A DNA stretch of 63,842 nucleotides, filler included, from Octopus bimaculoides (lineage: Eukaryota): assembly GCF_001194135.2 (NCBI RefSeq). It is 6 parts of 6 records of this genome, joined end to end, with 100 filler letters (N's around TTAATTAATTAA, not from the genome) between each part and the next. Parts side by side here need not be neighbours in the genome. Positions count along the whole stretch, not along the records: positions 1 to 9,866 come from NC_068981.1; positions 9,967 to 33,926 come from NC_068985.1; 4 more parts are not named here. The stretch is one strand, 5' to 3'. Below, piece after piece: positions 1-11,361 of this stretch. The notes beneath the pieces are model-generated. The model ran no database searches and was not told the origin of the DNA. It saw nothing but the letters and a program-made list of their open reading frames with translations. The first letter of the stretch is position 1; each line of letters starts with the position of its first letter. The translations under genes and the position numbers were made by a program.

Positions 1-819
1 GAACATAGCTACTGGTGAAATACTGCTAAGCATCTCGCACGGCTAGATATATGCAAAATGTATTTTTTAGCCACTTTGTGTTAAATTTTATATTCATAAT
101 TTTACTATTCACGTTCGACATATGTCTTAAATTTGGGAATTTCTGGCACCCGTTATTTGCTACAGAGGCTTCAGATGAGGAGTGTATTACAAAAGCAGGT
201 TTCAATTTGTTATATAAAATCGGGTGAGAAAAAAAAAGAATATCGTCAAAGATTATCTGTAAAATAATGGTCTCCTGATCGATTTATAACATTAATAGAC
301 GACATTATCGCCCCCCCCCAACCCCGCCGAAAGAAAAAAATGGTGAAACTGTAATAACTGAAAACAAAAGCAATGACTATAATAATAGGTACACTGGAAA
401 TAGTTAAACAGTTACAGCGATATTGAGCTAACAATGAGAACATCGGAAGCTTGAATGACCAGATCTCCGATCTCAGTATGTGATAGGGTTGAAAGATCAG
501 ACGCCTAAGTTTGGAAATTTCGTGGGAAAAATAAAACTAAAAACAAAAAAAAAAAAAAACGATATTAAAAGACATGTTTACAGGTTTAAAATGAAAATAA
601 CCGCAAAACATAATATACTGCCTTAAAAAAAATAAAAGTTCATTGCAGAGATAAGAAACAAGAGAAAATATAGTATTTTTATCGACTATTTCTATTCTTC
701 ATATTTTCTTATTATTAGCTATTTTATTTTTTTCATTCGATTCAAGCATAAACACATGGAACGAATTTAGAAACACCGAAACTAGGGTCCGACATTATTG
801 TTTTTTATTAATGTCTTCA

Positions 820-1018
820 AATTTTAGCACAAGCCAGCAATTTCGGGGGATGGAATAAGTTGATTGCATCGACCCAAGTACTCAGCTGGTAATTATTTTA
901 TCAACCTAGAAAGAAGGAAAGGCAAAGTCAACCTCGGCGGAATTTAAATCCAGACGAAAAGGCGGACGAAACACCACTAAGTGTTTTGCATAGCGTGTTA
1001 ACGATTCTATCAGCTCAC
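820..1018 (-). mobile_element. SINE family C
   Basis: Reverse complement of the family C consensus. Other copies at 17935-18092 (-), 18110-18315 (-), 19119-19282 (+), about 10755-10900 (-), about 42760-43030 (+). Confidence 0.8.
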
Positions 1019-1314
1019 AACCTTTACACCACGTAACATCAATATTCAAACTTCGACATTTTAGCATTTAGCATTCGGTTTTCTAATATTTTTTTGTCTT
1101 TTAAGCTCTCGATATTCTGAAATTTCGGTCATTTGAAATTCGGGCTCAACACGATGAGTGGTCACGCATTTGGCCGTCTATCGTTTGTTCTGCTTGGTAC
1201 AGGACCCAAAGTACTATTACTACAATAGACAGGCGCAAAACCAAAAACAAAAAAACCTCCCCGCAAAGCTCACACGGCTCTGATTGACTTCACAATGGAC
1301 GCATACAATAAATA

Positions 1315-1538
1315 TTGCTGTTGGCACTCCGTCGCTTATGACGTCGAGGGTTCCAGTTGACCCGATCAACGAAACAGCCTGCTCGTGAAATTAACGTGCA
1401 AGTGGCTGAGAACTCCACAGACACGTGTACCTTTGACGTAGTTCTCAGGGATATTCGGCGTGGCACAGTGTGACAAGGCTGACCCTTTGAATTACAGGTA
1501 CAACAGAAACAAGAGTGAGAGAAAGTTGTGGTGAAAGA
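1315..1538 (-). mobile_element. SINE family B, 3' part
   Basis: Close match; further fragments at 41345-41452 and 60668-60752. Confidence 0.88.
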
Positions 1539-1674
1539 CTTACATACGTATAAACGCGTGTATTTGTCTTTCTCCTTCTATCTTTCTTTCTCCCTCCTCT
1601 CTCCCGTTCTCTCTCCCTCCCTCTCTTTCTTTCTCCCTCTTTCAGTCACCTCATTCTCTCTCTCTCTATCTCTT

Positions 1675-1714
<40 letters not shown>

Positions 1715-2163
1715 TCTCCCTCTCTATCTCTCCCTGTATGTGTGTACGGATATGGGTGAGAAATATAAAACAAAATAATCATCTTCAACGTAGTCCATTG
1801 GACTGAGTTATATATGCCCCTATCTTATTCTTGGCTTTAGAAATGCAGCGAACCAGCACTGATCGATTGGAATCTCATAGCCAACGGCACTCTTGTTAAG
1901 AAAATTACATACATACATACATATATACATACATGCATACACACATAAATACATATATATAAATATATATATATGCAATGTTATATCTCTGAACGAGGTG
2001 TTAACAGTAACTGCACGATAAAGTGAAGTATATTTGCCATTTAAATGTGGCTGACCCCTAAGGGTGGATGTTACTGTTGCTTTTAGCCCCAGGAGAACAT
2101 CTCCTCCAGCTGGCTTATCGACACATATCTGTGTCCTGTCTATTTTTGCCAATATATGTATTC

Positions 2164-2195
<32 letters not shown>

Positions 2196-2650
2196 NNNNN
2201 NNNNNNNNNNNNNNNNNNNNNNNNNNNNNNNNNNNNNNNNNNNNNNNNNNNNNNNNNNNNNNNNNNNNNNNNNNNNNNNNNNNNNNNNNNNNNNNNNNNN
2301 NNNNNNNNNNNNNNNNNNNNNNNNNNNNNNNNNNNNNNNNNNNNNNNNNNNNNNNNNNNNNNNNNNNNNNNNNNNNNNNNNNNNNNNNNNNNNNNNNNNN
2401 NNNNNNNNNNNNNNNNNNNNNNNNNNNNNNNNNNNNNNNNNNNNNNNNNNNNNNNNNNNNNNNNNNNNNNNNNNNNNNNNNNNNNNNNNNNNNNNNNNNN
2501 NNNNNNNNNNNNNNNNNTATACGTATATATATACATATATATATATACATATATATATCTATATAAAACTGTGATCTTGGAATCTAATGGTTGACCAACT
2601 ATAGGACTTACCCTGAGTACCTATTCGTTTATAGGTGCATATATATATGC

Positions 2651-2734
<84 letters not shown>

Positions 2735-3189
2735 GCACACACATGCATATATATACTCAGAACTATTGATTTCTTGCTAGATAGAAGTGCCGTATTCGGT
2801 GAAGAAATGAGATGTATAGTCAACTGAGAGAACCGAGTAAATACTAGATAATTATTTTATCGACAAATTCGATAAAAGACAAATTCAATCCATGTAGGAT
2901 TAAACCTCAGAAGACAAAACGACGTAACAAAATACTGTAATATATTTTTATAACGTAAATATTCGCGTGGAAAATGTCACATTATACCGTATTTATTACT
3001 ATTATTTAATAAGCATAACACATTCCCAGGTGTTTTCCTTATTGACATTCACAGTCTGCATAACGTCTCTCACTTTCCAATACACTTCCCCACTCTTCTT
3101 CTATCTCTCTTCCTGTCTATATCTCTCCTTCTAGCTTTATCGCCTACTATCTTCCTCACTACTTCACCACAATAAGCTGGTTATCACAG

Positions 3190-3266
3190 GAGTCAATCAA
3201 TATACGGCAACCGAGGTAGTTGATGTCGACGCAGCGTGGCAGTGGTTCAGGGAATTTGAACTATGA
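3190..3266 (+). CDS. Candidate terminal coding exon (x)VNQYTATEVVDVDAAWQWFREFEL*
   Basis: Long pyrimidine tract, TCACAG| acceptor, protein-like composition, AATAAA at 3582; no family recognised. Confidence 0.25.
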
Positions 3267-3486
3267 GTGGAATGGAATAGTGTTGCCAGGATTTCTGTTA
3301 GCTGGGTCTAAGTTGGTGTGGAGGAGGAGGGGTTTATCAACCTCGGCTGGAACACCACGGCGTAGCGGTATCATTGCTGAATGGTCAGAAACACCCAGAG
3401 ACCACGGGTAACATCACTGATGATGTGTTTAGGTGCACACAAGCTAATGCCTCTGAATATGCAACCGTTTCTCTCTCTGTGTGTGC

Positions 3487-3526
<40 letters not shown>

Positions 3527-3631
3527 ATGTGTGTGTGCGCGCGTGCCTTGTGTAAGAGTGAATAATTTGGTTGAGCAGAGAAAATAAATAGCATTCAATA
3601 TATAAATAAATCGTTATGTATGTATGTATAT

Positions 3632-3795
3632 GTTTGTGTGTCTGTGTTTGTCCCCCCACCATCACTTGATAACCAATGTTGGTGTGTTTACGTCTCCGTA
3701 ACATGGCGGTTCGGCAAATGAGACCGATAGAATGAGTACTAGGCTTACAAAGAATAAGTCTTGGAGGTCGATTTGTTCGACTAAAGGCAGTGCTT
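3632..3795 (+). mobile_element. SINE family A, 3' half
   Basis: Body match. Similar partial copies at 8990-9240 (+), 22012-22190 (+), 34360-34565 (-), 34590-34750 (+), 50290-50470 (+), 54700-55040 (-). Confidence 0.8.
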
Positions 3796-3833
3796 CGCCG
3801 AGGAGATCTAATAAAATTGAAACATGTCCTATG
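3793..3833 (+). ncRNA. Decayed hammerhead-like motif, third family
   Basis: CCGAGGA-GAT-CTAATAAA-ATT-GAAA-CATGT-C; U4 mutated; same loop and stem III as the 48.3-kb copy. Confidence 0.35.
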
Positions 3834-4489
3834 ATATTACTAGCTTTGTCTCTCTAGCGTTGTCTTTAGTTTTTAAAGATCCTTACAGATAGGTTTTGTT
3901 GACTAATTTCATGGATAATATCAGATCGTCGAAGTTTTGCAGCATATTGTATCACAGATGTCCGGGCTTTCTTTATACTGATTCCAAATTTAGCAACAGA
4001 ATGAAACCTTCGACGTGAGGAGTGTGACCGACAATAGTAATCCAAGTAGACTTGGATTAATTTTATCCACTTTGAATGGATAAAAAATATTTTTGACCCA
4101 CGCAGGTTTTGGTCCATGTAAATGAAGTAGTTTAACTCTTGCTCTATTTCTTCTTTTTTTCTTATCCCTTTGAAAAAGCTTCCCTATTTGAGACAGAGAA
4201 AGAGAGAAGGGGGGTGAGAGAAAACGTATGTGTGTTGCTGCTTGCGTGTATGGGTACGTGTCCGTTGTGTTGGCAATATTATAAGGTATTACACATAGGT
4301 AATATTGATATGAAAGCAATATACTCTCACTGATGTTGCGTGGCATCTATCATCAGAAGTCTACAGTTTGGCTAGGACTTAGTGCTCCATATACAATGCT
4401 AGCCTTCTGCAACTTGGCACAGATTGGCAGTTGGGTAAAATGGCCCCAGTACTTGACATGCACTATAACTTGTCGACTCTGCTGAGATG

Positions 4490-4835
4490 TAAGACTAAAT
4501 TAATCTCAGAGACATTTCAACTTAGAACACTAAAGACCTGCAACAAATAACATTTATTCGATGTTCAGATAGTATTTGTTCTGAAAATTAGCATTTGCTC
4601 GAGGAATTTTATTCCACATTCCATCTGCTTGTAAAATGGTGTAAATGTATAGTAAGAATTATTTCTTAGTTACCAGACCTCACTATTTGACCTTTTAACA
4701 CATCTACCTGTTGTGTGGTATAGTGTGTTTGAATCGCTTCTTGTGTTAAACACATAAGGAGTCGGCGGTACAGTGTTATAATTGTTCGGCCAATGTAACA
4801 CTTAGAGTCAGGAAGTTCACAGCTTTCATATCTGC
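4490..4835 (-). mobile_element. Decayed Penelope-type GIY-YIG endonuclease
   Basis: CELPDSKCYIGRTIITLYRRLLM...AIQTH, later LQVFSVL...EIN, fitting the YIG.T..TL.RRL.MH pattern. Confidence 0.6.
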
Positions 4836-5733
4836 TATAATGTTTTCATTATATACATCGCAGTCATAGAAATTTTCCGTGATGTCGAACTTGTAGAATT
4901 ATCGACAAAATTTTTTTCTAACGACACCCTTACCGTCTTATAGAAAGAGGAGATATAATTAGATAATGTAGTCCTTCTTATAAATCTACTTAATTAGAAT
5001 TGACGTAGAATCAAACGCTATCATTACCATCTATGGCAGGGAGTCTGTATGCGGTCATAACAGCAAATCGAACTAGACATCGCCATCTTTAAAATTTATT
5101 GAATAATGTAGAGTTAAACAAGGAAATTGTGGATACAGCCAGAACACCATTTATCACATGTATGTCAACTCTATAGGAACTGCCGGAAGCTAAGTAATAT
5201 ATCTCTGTTTTTGTTCTCCTCACTTGGTTATATAGTCTCAGTTAAATGAAGTTTTTCAACTCACTTTAACACTTAAATGAAATTCTTCTGTAGATGTATT
5301 CAATATACACAGCGCTTTTCCGAGATATTTTCCTACAATCATATTGTTGTTTTTGATAGTCAGTGTCACTACACTCCTTTATTTCTCTATTCTTAAGTCT
5401 TGACAACTGAGTAGAATAAGATTCCTTTGTGAAGGTCTTGCCTTCACCAGTTGGTTTAGAATGTAGATCCACTTCCATGCAGCATTTTTATATCTCCCAA
5501 AATTTGGTCAATAGGTTTTATTAGAGTTAACTTGTTTTTTTCCATTTTAAACTCTATTAGAGGGAGTTTTGTTGGATAGATACATGGATAATATGAATTA
5601 ATCAATGTAGTACCCTATTGTATCTATATACAGCTACGTGACTTAACTGTATTTTTACTGAACGAAGATTTTAATTATCAGTTCAGTTACATCCGAATTC
5701 TTGTATGGTATTTGCTCAACACTTTATTACTTA

Positions 5734-6999
5734 CTAGCAGAAATACCCGGCGTTGCCCGGGTTAAAGAGAATAATGAAATCTAAAAACGCCGTCTAGACT
5801 ACGCATCATCTTTATATATAGAGATCTATATACACACACGCACCCAAACACACGTATATATATGTATATTAATATAAATATATGAAAGTCAATGAAGTTT
5901 CGTAAAAGAAGGTGATCATGTACATACTTTCTTGCTGTTGTGATTATAACACCTCATTGTAAACTATGTTCCTTGTTTTCCCTTGTGGAGCATATACAAA
6001 TAGTTTTTTTGTTGCTGCCCACTCTTGAGCAGCCAACATACAGTTGTCCATGTGAGAAGCAGGGNNNNNNNNNNNNNNNNNNNNNNNNNNNNNNNNNNNN
6101 NNNNNNNNNNNNNNNNNNNNNNNNNNNNNNNNNNNNNNNNNNNNNNNNNNNNNNNNNNNNNNNNNNNNNNNNNNNNNNNNNNNNNNNNNNNNNNNNNNNN
6201 NNNNNNNNNNNNNNNNNNNNNNNNNNNNNNNNNNNNNNNNNNNNNNNNNNNNNNNNNNNNNNNNNNNNNNNNNNNNNNNNNNNNNNNNNNNNNNNNNNNN
6301 NNNNNNNNNNNNNNNNNNNNNNNNNNNNNNNNNNNNNNNNNNNNNNNNNNNNNNNNNNNNNNNNNNNNNNNNNNNNNNNNNNNNNNNNNNNNNNNNNNNN
6401 NNNNNNNNNNNNNNNNNNNNNNNNNNNNNNNNNNNNNNNNNNNNNNNNNNNNNNNNNNNNNNNNNNNNNNNNNNNNNNNNNNNNNNNNNNNNNNNNNNNN
6501 NNNNNNNNNNNNNNNNNNNNNNNNNNNNNNNNNNNNNNNNNNNNNNNNNNNNNNNNNNNNNNNNNNNNNNNNNNNNNNNNNNNNNNNNNNNNNNNNNNNN
6601 NNNNNNNNNNNNNNNNNNNNNNNNNNNNNNNNNNNNNNNNNNNNNNNNNNNNNNNNNNNNNNNNNNNNNNNNNNNNNNNNNNNNNNNNNNNNNNNNNNNN
6701 NNNNNNNNNNNNNNNNNNNNNNNNCTGTGAAAGTATCTGTCACTACAGTATCGAAATGTGATTGTTTCAGTTAGTGGAATAGTTTCATTTTAAAAGTGAA
6801 AGTATTTGACATGAGTGTTTTTGTTTCACTTTTGACACGTAATACTTAAATAGTGGAGGAGATATTATGTTGCCGTGTGCTCGAACTCTGCAAGAAGTTA
6901 ATAATTTGTTTTGACTAAAACACAACTGGAACCCTAAGTAAGGCATGTGTAAAATTTGAATGAAATTGGTTGCGTAGTTCTCGAGTTTTAGGGATTCAC

Positions 7000-7050
<51 letters not shown>

Positions 7051-7078
7051 CACATTCTCATTTATATATATATATAGA
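5734..7078 (-). mobile_element. Non-autonomous Helitron (or two stacked Helitrons) with a helicase C-terminal remnant
   Basis: Minus strand A|TC 5' end at 7078 followed by (TGTC)n; hairpin CCCGG/CCGGG at 5746-5761 and CTAG|T 3' end at 5734; internal second TC 5' end at 5824; the middle is an N gap. Confidence 0.75.
5944..6064 (-). pseudogene. Helitron Rep/Helicase (PIF1-like) C-terminal coding remnant
   Basis: PCFSHGQLYVGCSRVGSN, 1-base frameshift in an A7 run, then LFVYAPQGKTRNIVYNEVL*. Confidence 0.85.
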
Positions 7079-7249
7079 TTGATAGATTGATAATGGTGCT
7101 ATCAACATTCTTTGTGCGGTTGTAATAAATTTACTATTGTTTCTATTGAAAAGCCTATGGTACTTTTATCTGGTTATAAAGTATTTCCTGGTTAACGCTA
7201 AGAATTTCTTAACTTTTTCAGTTTCATCATTATTACTTAAACGCTATCA

Positions 7250-7860
7250 TACGCTGTCTAGATTTGTTGTTGCTTCCGAATTTCTTTCTTTGCTCACACC
7301 TATGTAAAAAGTTCATTTTCTTTCAAGCTCGCTTTCGTCTAGTGCAATATAGTTATTATTGCTTTGTTGTTTGTAATATGTTAACCATGCTATTGTCACC
7401 AATTATATTTTTAAAATTGTATTGCAGTCTAATTAGAATTCATGATAATGTATATTAGCTTTGCTTCAGTGTTCCACATCATTAGTATTTGACTTTTCTA
7501 ACTGTAATATATTGTCTAGGAAAATTATTGTTGCAAGGTTGGTGCTAACTGTAAATTTTAGCTGGAATTCCTTTAAAAGTGATTATTAAGTCTTTCTTAT
7601 ATTTATCTTTTCTGTACACATTTATATTGTGAGAGACGTATTAGACACGTGGATTATGCATAGTACTATAACCTAGAATTTATTTAGTTTCTATCAATTC
7701 TAAAATAAAAATCCAATAAATTCACGTACCTCAGCTCTCTTGCAGAAAAAGGAACATACCCAAAATTGAATATGTACTTATCACTCAAAATCCATGCTCT
7801 GCTTTCGTTACATCGCAAGGAATCTCGAACATACAGTATTATTTGTTATTCTTGCTACTG
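7250..7860 (-). mobile_element. Decayed Penelope-like element reverse transcriptase
   Basis: IILYVRDSLRCNESRAW, AEVREFIGFLF, KDLIITFKG, KFTVSTNLATIIFLD in the order expected for PLE RT; many stops. Confidence 0.7.
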
Positions 7861-8436
7861 GTAGTGCTGTATTTTGCCCGGAATTCCTTTGGTGAGCAAA
7901 GATTTGGAGGCAGAATTTTAAAGTTTTACAACGTTCGTTAAAATGAACTTAAATGTTTTCTGATACTATTGCTGTTGGTGTTTAGCCCAGGTCAGTAAAG
8001 TTTGAGCAGGCCAATGTATTTATCAAAGGCATCACAGCTGTCGACACATATTTTCAGGGACAAATTGGACTACGCGATCTAAAATGTCATTTGTTTAGCG
8101 ATGACTAGAATTGATATGAAAGAGATTTCGTTGCTATGTCTAGCAGCTCATCCTTCCCAGTGTTTCTCAATATATATACAGATTTACTGGTAATTATTCC
8201 ATTGTTATTTAGTAATGCATGTCTTACAAATAGCAAGACACTTAAGTCTTTTATCTAATTATAGATTGGCTGATGCGTATATTTTGTCACAGTTGCAGAG
8301 TAATTTGAGACAGTAAGTTTATTTATAGGTTTGAGCGATTAAAGGTTTGAGACTTTGAGTTATGCCATTATTTACTTCGAGTATTATTTACTTCGAGAAA
8401 AATATTTTTGTATTCGAATTTATTTCATGTAAAAAA

Positions 8437-8728
8437 TTGTCTTATTTCGATAATTTCAACCAATCACTGACAAGTATTCAGTTGTTTATATTTACTCCTT
8501 TGGCTGATTAAGCGATGTAAAGCGTATTTAATCTCCATACCTTCGTTTTATTTGCTTTTTTCATTTTAAATTTGCTTTAACCCTAACCCTAACCCTAACC
8601 ATAGGGTTAGGGTTAGGGTTAGGGTTAATTGTTTCAGAATTGTATGTTTATGTAGTCGGCACTTAATGTATCTCGGCTGAATGGACGTCAGTGATTGGTT
8701 GAAATTACAGAAATACGACAACTTTAAC
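8437..8728. mobile_element. MITE-like element with 45-bp inverted ends and an internal telomere-repeat palindrome
   Basis: 8437-8481 vs reverse complement of 8677-8721: 38/45 with a perfect 21-bp core TAATTTCAACCAATCACTGAC; (TAACCC)n-(TTAGGG)n at 8577-8628. Confidence 0.7.
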
Positions 8729-8995
8729 NNNNNNNNNNNNNNNNNNNNNNNNNNNNNNNNNNNNNNNNNNNNNNNNNNNNNNNNNNNNNNNNNNNNNNNN
8801 NNNNNNNNNNNNNNNNNNNNNNNNNNNNNNNNNNNNNNNNNNNNNNNNNNNNNNNNNNNNNNNNNNNNNNNNNNNNNNNNNNNNNNNNNNNNNNNNNNNN
8901 NNNNNNNNNNNNNNNNNNNNNNNNNNNNNNNNNNNNNNNNNNNNNNNNNNNNNNNGTGTGTGTGTGTGTGTGTGTGTGTGTCTGTGTCTGCGTCT

Positions 8996-9028
<33 letters not shown>

Positions 9029-9329
9029 CCTTTCTTTGTGTCTGTGCTTATAGTTTGACAACTGATATTAGTGTGTTTATGTACCCGTAACCTAGCGGTT
9101 CGGCAAAAGTGACCGATAGAGTTAGTTCTAGGATTACAAAGAATAAGTCCTGAGGTCGATTTCGTCAACTAAAAATAACCCTTTGAGGCGGTGCTCCAGC
9201 ATGGCCGCAAGCAAAAGAATAAATGCAAAAAGAATAAACATTTATGCATATATAAATACGCGTATATAAATATACATACACATTATATGTATATGGATTT
9301 ATATACAGATTCATATACGTATGTACACA

Positions 9330-9376
<47 letters not shown>

Positions 9377-9395
9377 GCACACGCACACATATATA

Positions 9396-9766
9396 CAGGG
9401 TAATTCAAAAGTCTCCATACATAGGAAAAGTTTATATTTTTGTAAGAAAGAGTTTATCAGATCCCCTAGATTCCCTGATCTGCCCCTCTTGATTCCTATC
9501 TTTGGGGACATTTGAAAGGCATGGTGCATCGCGGAAGCATAAAAGACATAAAGCATTTGAAGGAACGCATCACCAACTCCTTTGCACACATATCACCAGA
9601 TGTGCTATTACAAGTTCACAATGTGTGGGGAAACGTATTGCAATGTGTATTCAAAACAATGGTAACCATACAGAGACTGTTAAATAAAAAGAGAAACTGT
9701 TATTATAAAGTGTTTCTTATAAAAAGATAAATTGTTCCTGAGTATGGCGACTTTTGAATCACCCTG
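9396..9766 (+). mobile_element. Internally deleted Tc1/mariner element (DDD-type, maT-like TIR)
   Basis: TA|CAGGGT(A/G)ATTCAAAAGTC TIRs at both ends; transposase C-terminus PRFPDL.PLDSYLWGHLKGMV...HLKERI...W..RIAMCIQNNGNH. Confidence 0.85.
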
Positions 9767-9866
9767 TATATATATACAGGGTGATTCAAAAGTCGCCATA
9801 CTCAGGAACAATTTATCTTTTTATAAGAAACACTTTATAATAACAGTTTCTCTTTTTATTTAACAG

Positions 9867-9966
9867 NNNNNNNNNNNNNNNNNNNNNNNNNNNNNNNNNN
9901 NNNNNNNNNNTTAATTAATTAANNNNNNNNNNNNNNNNNNNNNNNNNNNNNNNNNNNNNNNNNNNN
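9867..9966. other. Artificial 100-bp scaffold spacer (also 33927-34026, 44159-44258, 49473-49572, 57107-57206)
   Basis: Exactly 44 N + TTAATTAATTAA (stop in all six frames) + 44 N, five times. Confidence 0.97.
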
Positions 9967-9997
<31 letters not shown>

Positions 9998-11121
9998 ACA
10001 TAATGTACACCTGCTTAATACATACTACACACACATATTTAAATTTGTACATACATACGTCAATACATACATTCATTCTTACATGATCTAAAATAGGTAG
10101 ACACACTTTTGTTTGGGACAGTACACTGTGAGTTGCTAGCATAATAGCAGTCATTCAAAAGAAATACGTACTACACCTGATCGACAAGTTTTTGTCTCTT
10201 TTTCTCACTATCCTTCTATAGCTGATAACACACAAGCCTGCCTTTGTGTTTATTGTAACAATAACTACAGCAGCCTTTGTTCTCTTGGATGTGCCAATGC
10301 TATCTTTCCCTCCCCCACAAATAAACAAAAATTATACATTCTCCACATCTCTCAATCTCGCATCACCGCCATTTTCCATGCGTCAGTCTCCGTGCCATGA
10401 AACGCATAAAAGGATTATCTTTTATGTACATTTTTTCAAGCACAGAAGTACCTCTTTATCTAGAAAGCAATATCTAGCAAAAGATTTTCAGCAATTTGAA
10501 AATCGATCTTTAAACGAATCGTGTTAACCTCTCTAGACCGTTGTGAGACCGTTGGAGCCTATACGTGGTCGTTCGTTAGCTAAAAATGGCAGCCAATTCT
10601 TTATTATTTCACACAATGTTTAAAATAGGAAGGACGCTCTATATCAGGTTATTGCACCAATTATATGTCATGCGTATTGTTCGTAATTTAGGTAAAAGTC
10701 CATTAATTTTGAAAGCGGACCGTTACTCGAGCCTTCGACCCAAACCTATTGTTTCTCTAGTACTCTATTTTATTGACATCGGAGAAGTGGAAAGCAAATT
10801 TGAACACGGTGGAATTTGAAGTCGGATATTTCATAGAGCCGAAAACATTATCGCATGGCATTTTTGTTTCCCGACGTTTTAACGATTCTATCATTCTGTA
10901 GCCCTAATTATTTGTAAATAATGAAGCCATATAACTTCTCACCATATTGCATCGACACTAAAAATAATAGTAAATAAAAGGTATACGAGAATTGCAAATG
11001 TAGGCCATGCGACAGCTGAGAATGTGATATATATGTATGTGAAGAGACGAACAGAGAGTGAGAGAGAGAGAGATAGAAAGAAAGAGAGACAGACGGACAG
11101 ACAGACATTCATTTATCGATT

Positions 11122-11162
<41 letters not shown>

Positions 11163-11164
<2 letters not shown>

Positions 11165-11255
11165 CATCATCATCATCCTTCGACCAACCTATGGTTGGTC
11201 GGAACTCCATTGACAATCCCTTTCCACACTACACGGTCCTGCATTGCTGTATTAA
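11163..11255 (-). mobile_element. Very short RTE-type LINE 3' end with (GAT)n tail
   Basis: Minus strand reads TAMQDRVVWKGIVNG...; 9-bp hairpin CGACCAACC/GGTTGGTCG at 11181-11201; GAT tail. Confidence 0.55.
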
Positions 11256-11316
11256 GACAGACAGACAGGTAGATAGATAGATTAATTGACCAACTGATTG
11301 ATAATTAAACAGAGAC

Positions 11317-11361
<45 letters not shown>

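Noticed and set aside
418-475. Exon RY(TGA)ANNENIGSLNDQISDL, phase-compatible with the 3190 exon; selenocysteine idea
   Set aside because: In-frame TGA, no pyrimidine tract at the acceptor, no SECIS recognised.
8577-8628. Ancient telomere-telomere chromosome fusion site
   Set aside because: A fusion gives (TTAGGG)n then (CCCTAA)n; here the order is reversed, very short and inside a MITE.
9677-9866. Perfect 90-bp palindrome at the transposon end
   Set aside because: 100% identical arms ending exactly at a contig edge; most likely an assembly fold-back, although a head-to-head second copy cannot be excluded.
9911-9922. Recurrent TTAATTAATTAA as a biological motif
   Set aside because: Always centred in exactly 88 N; synthetic spacer.
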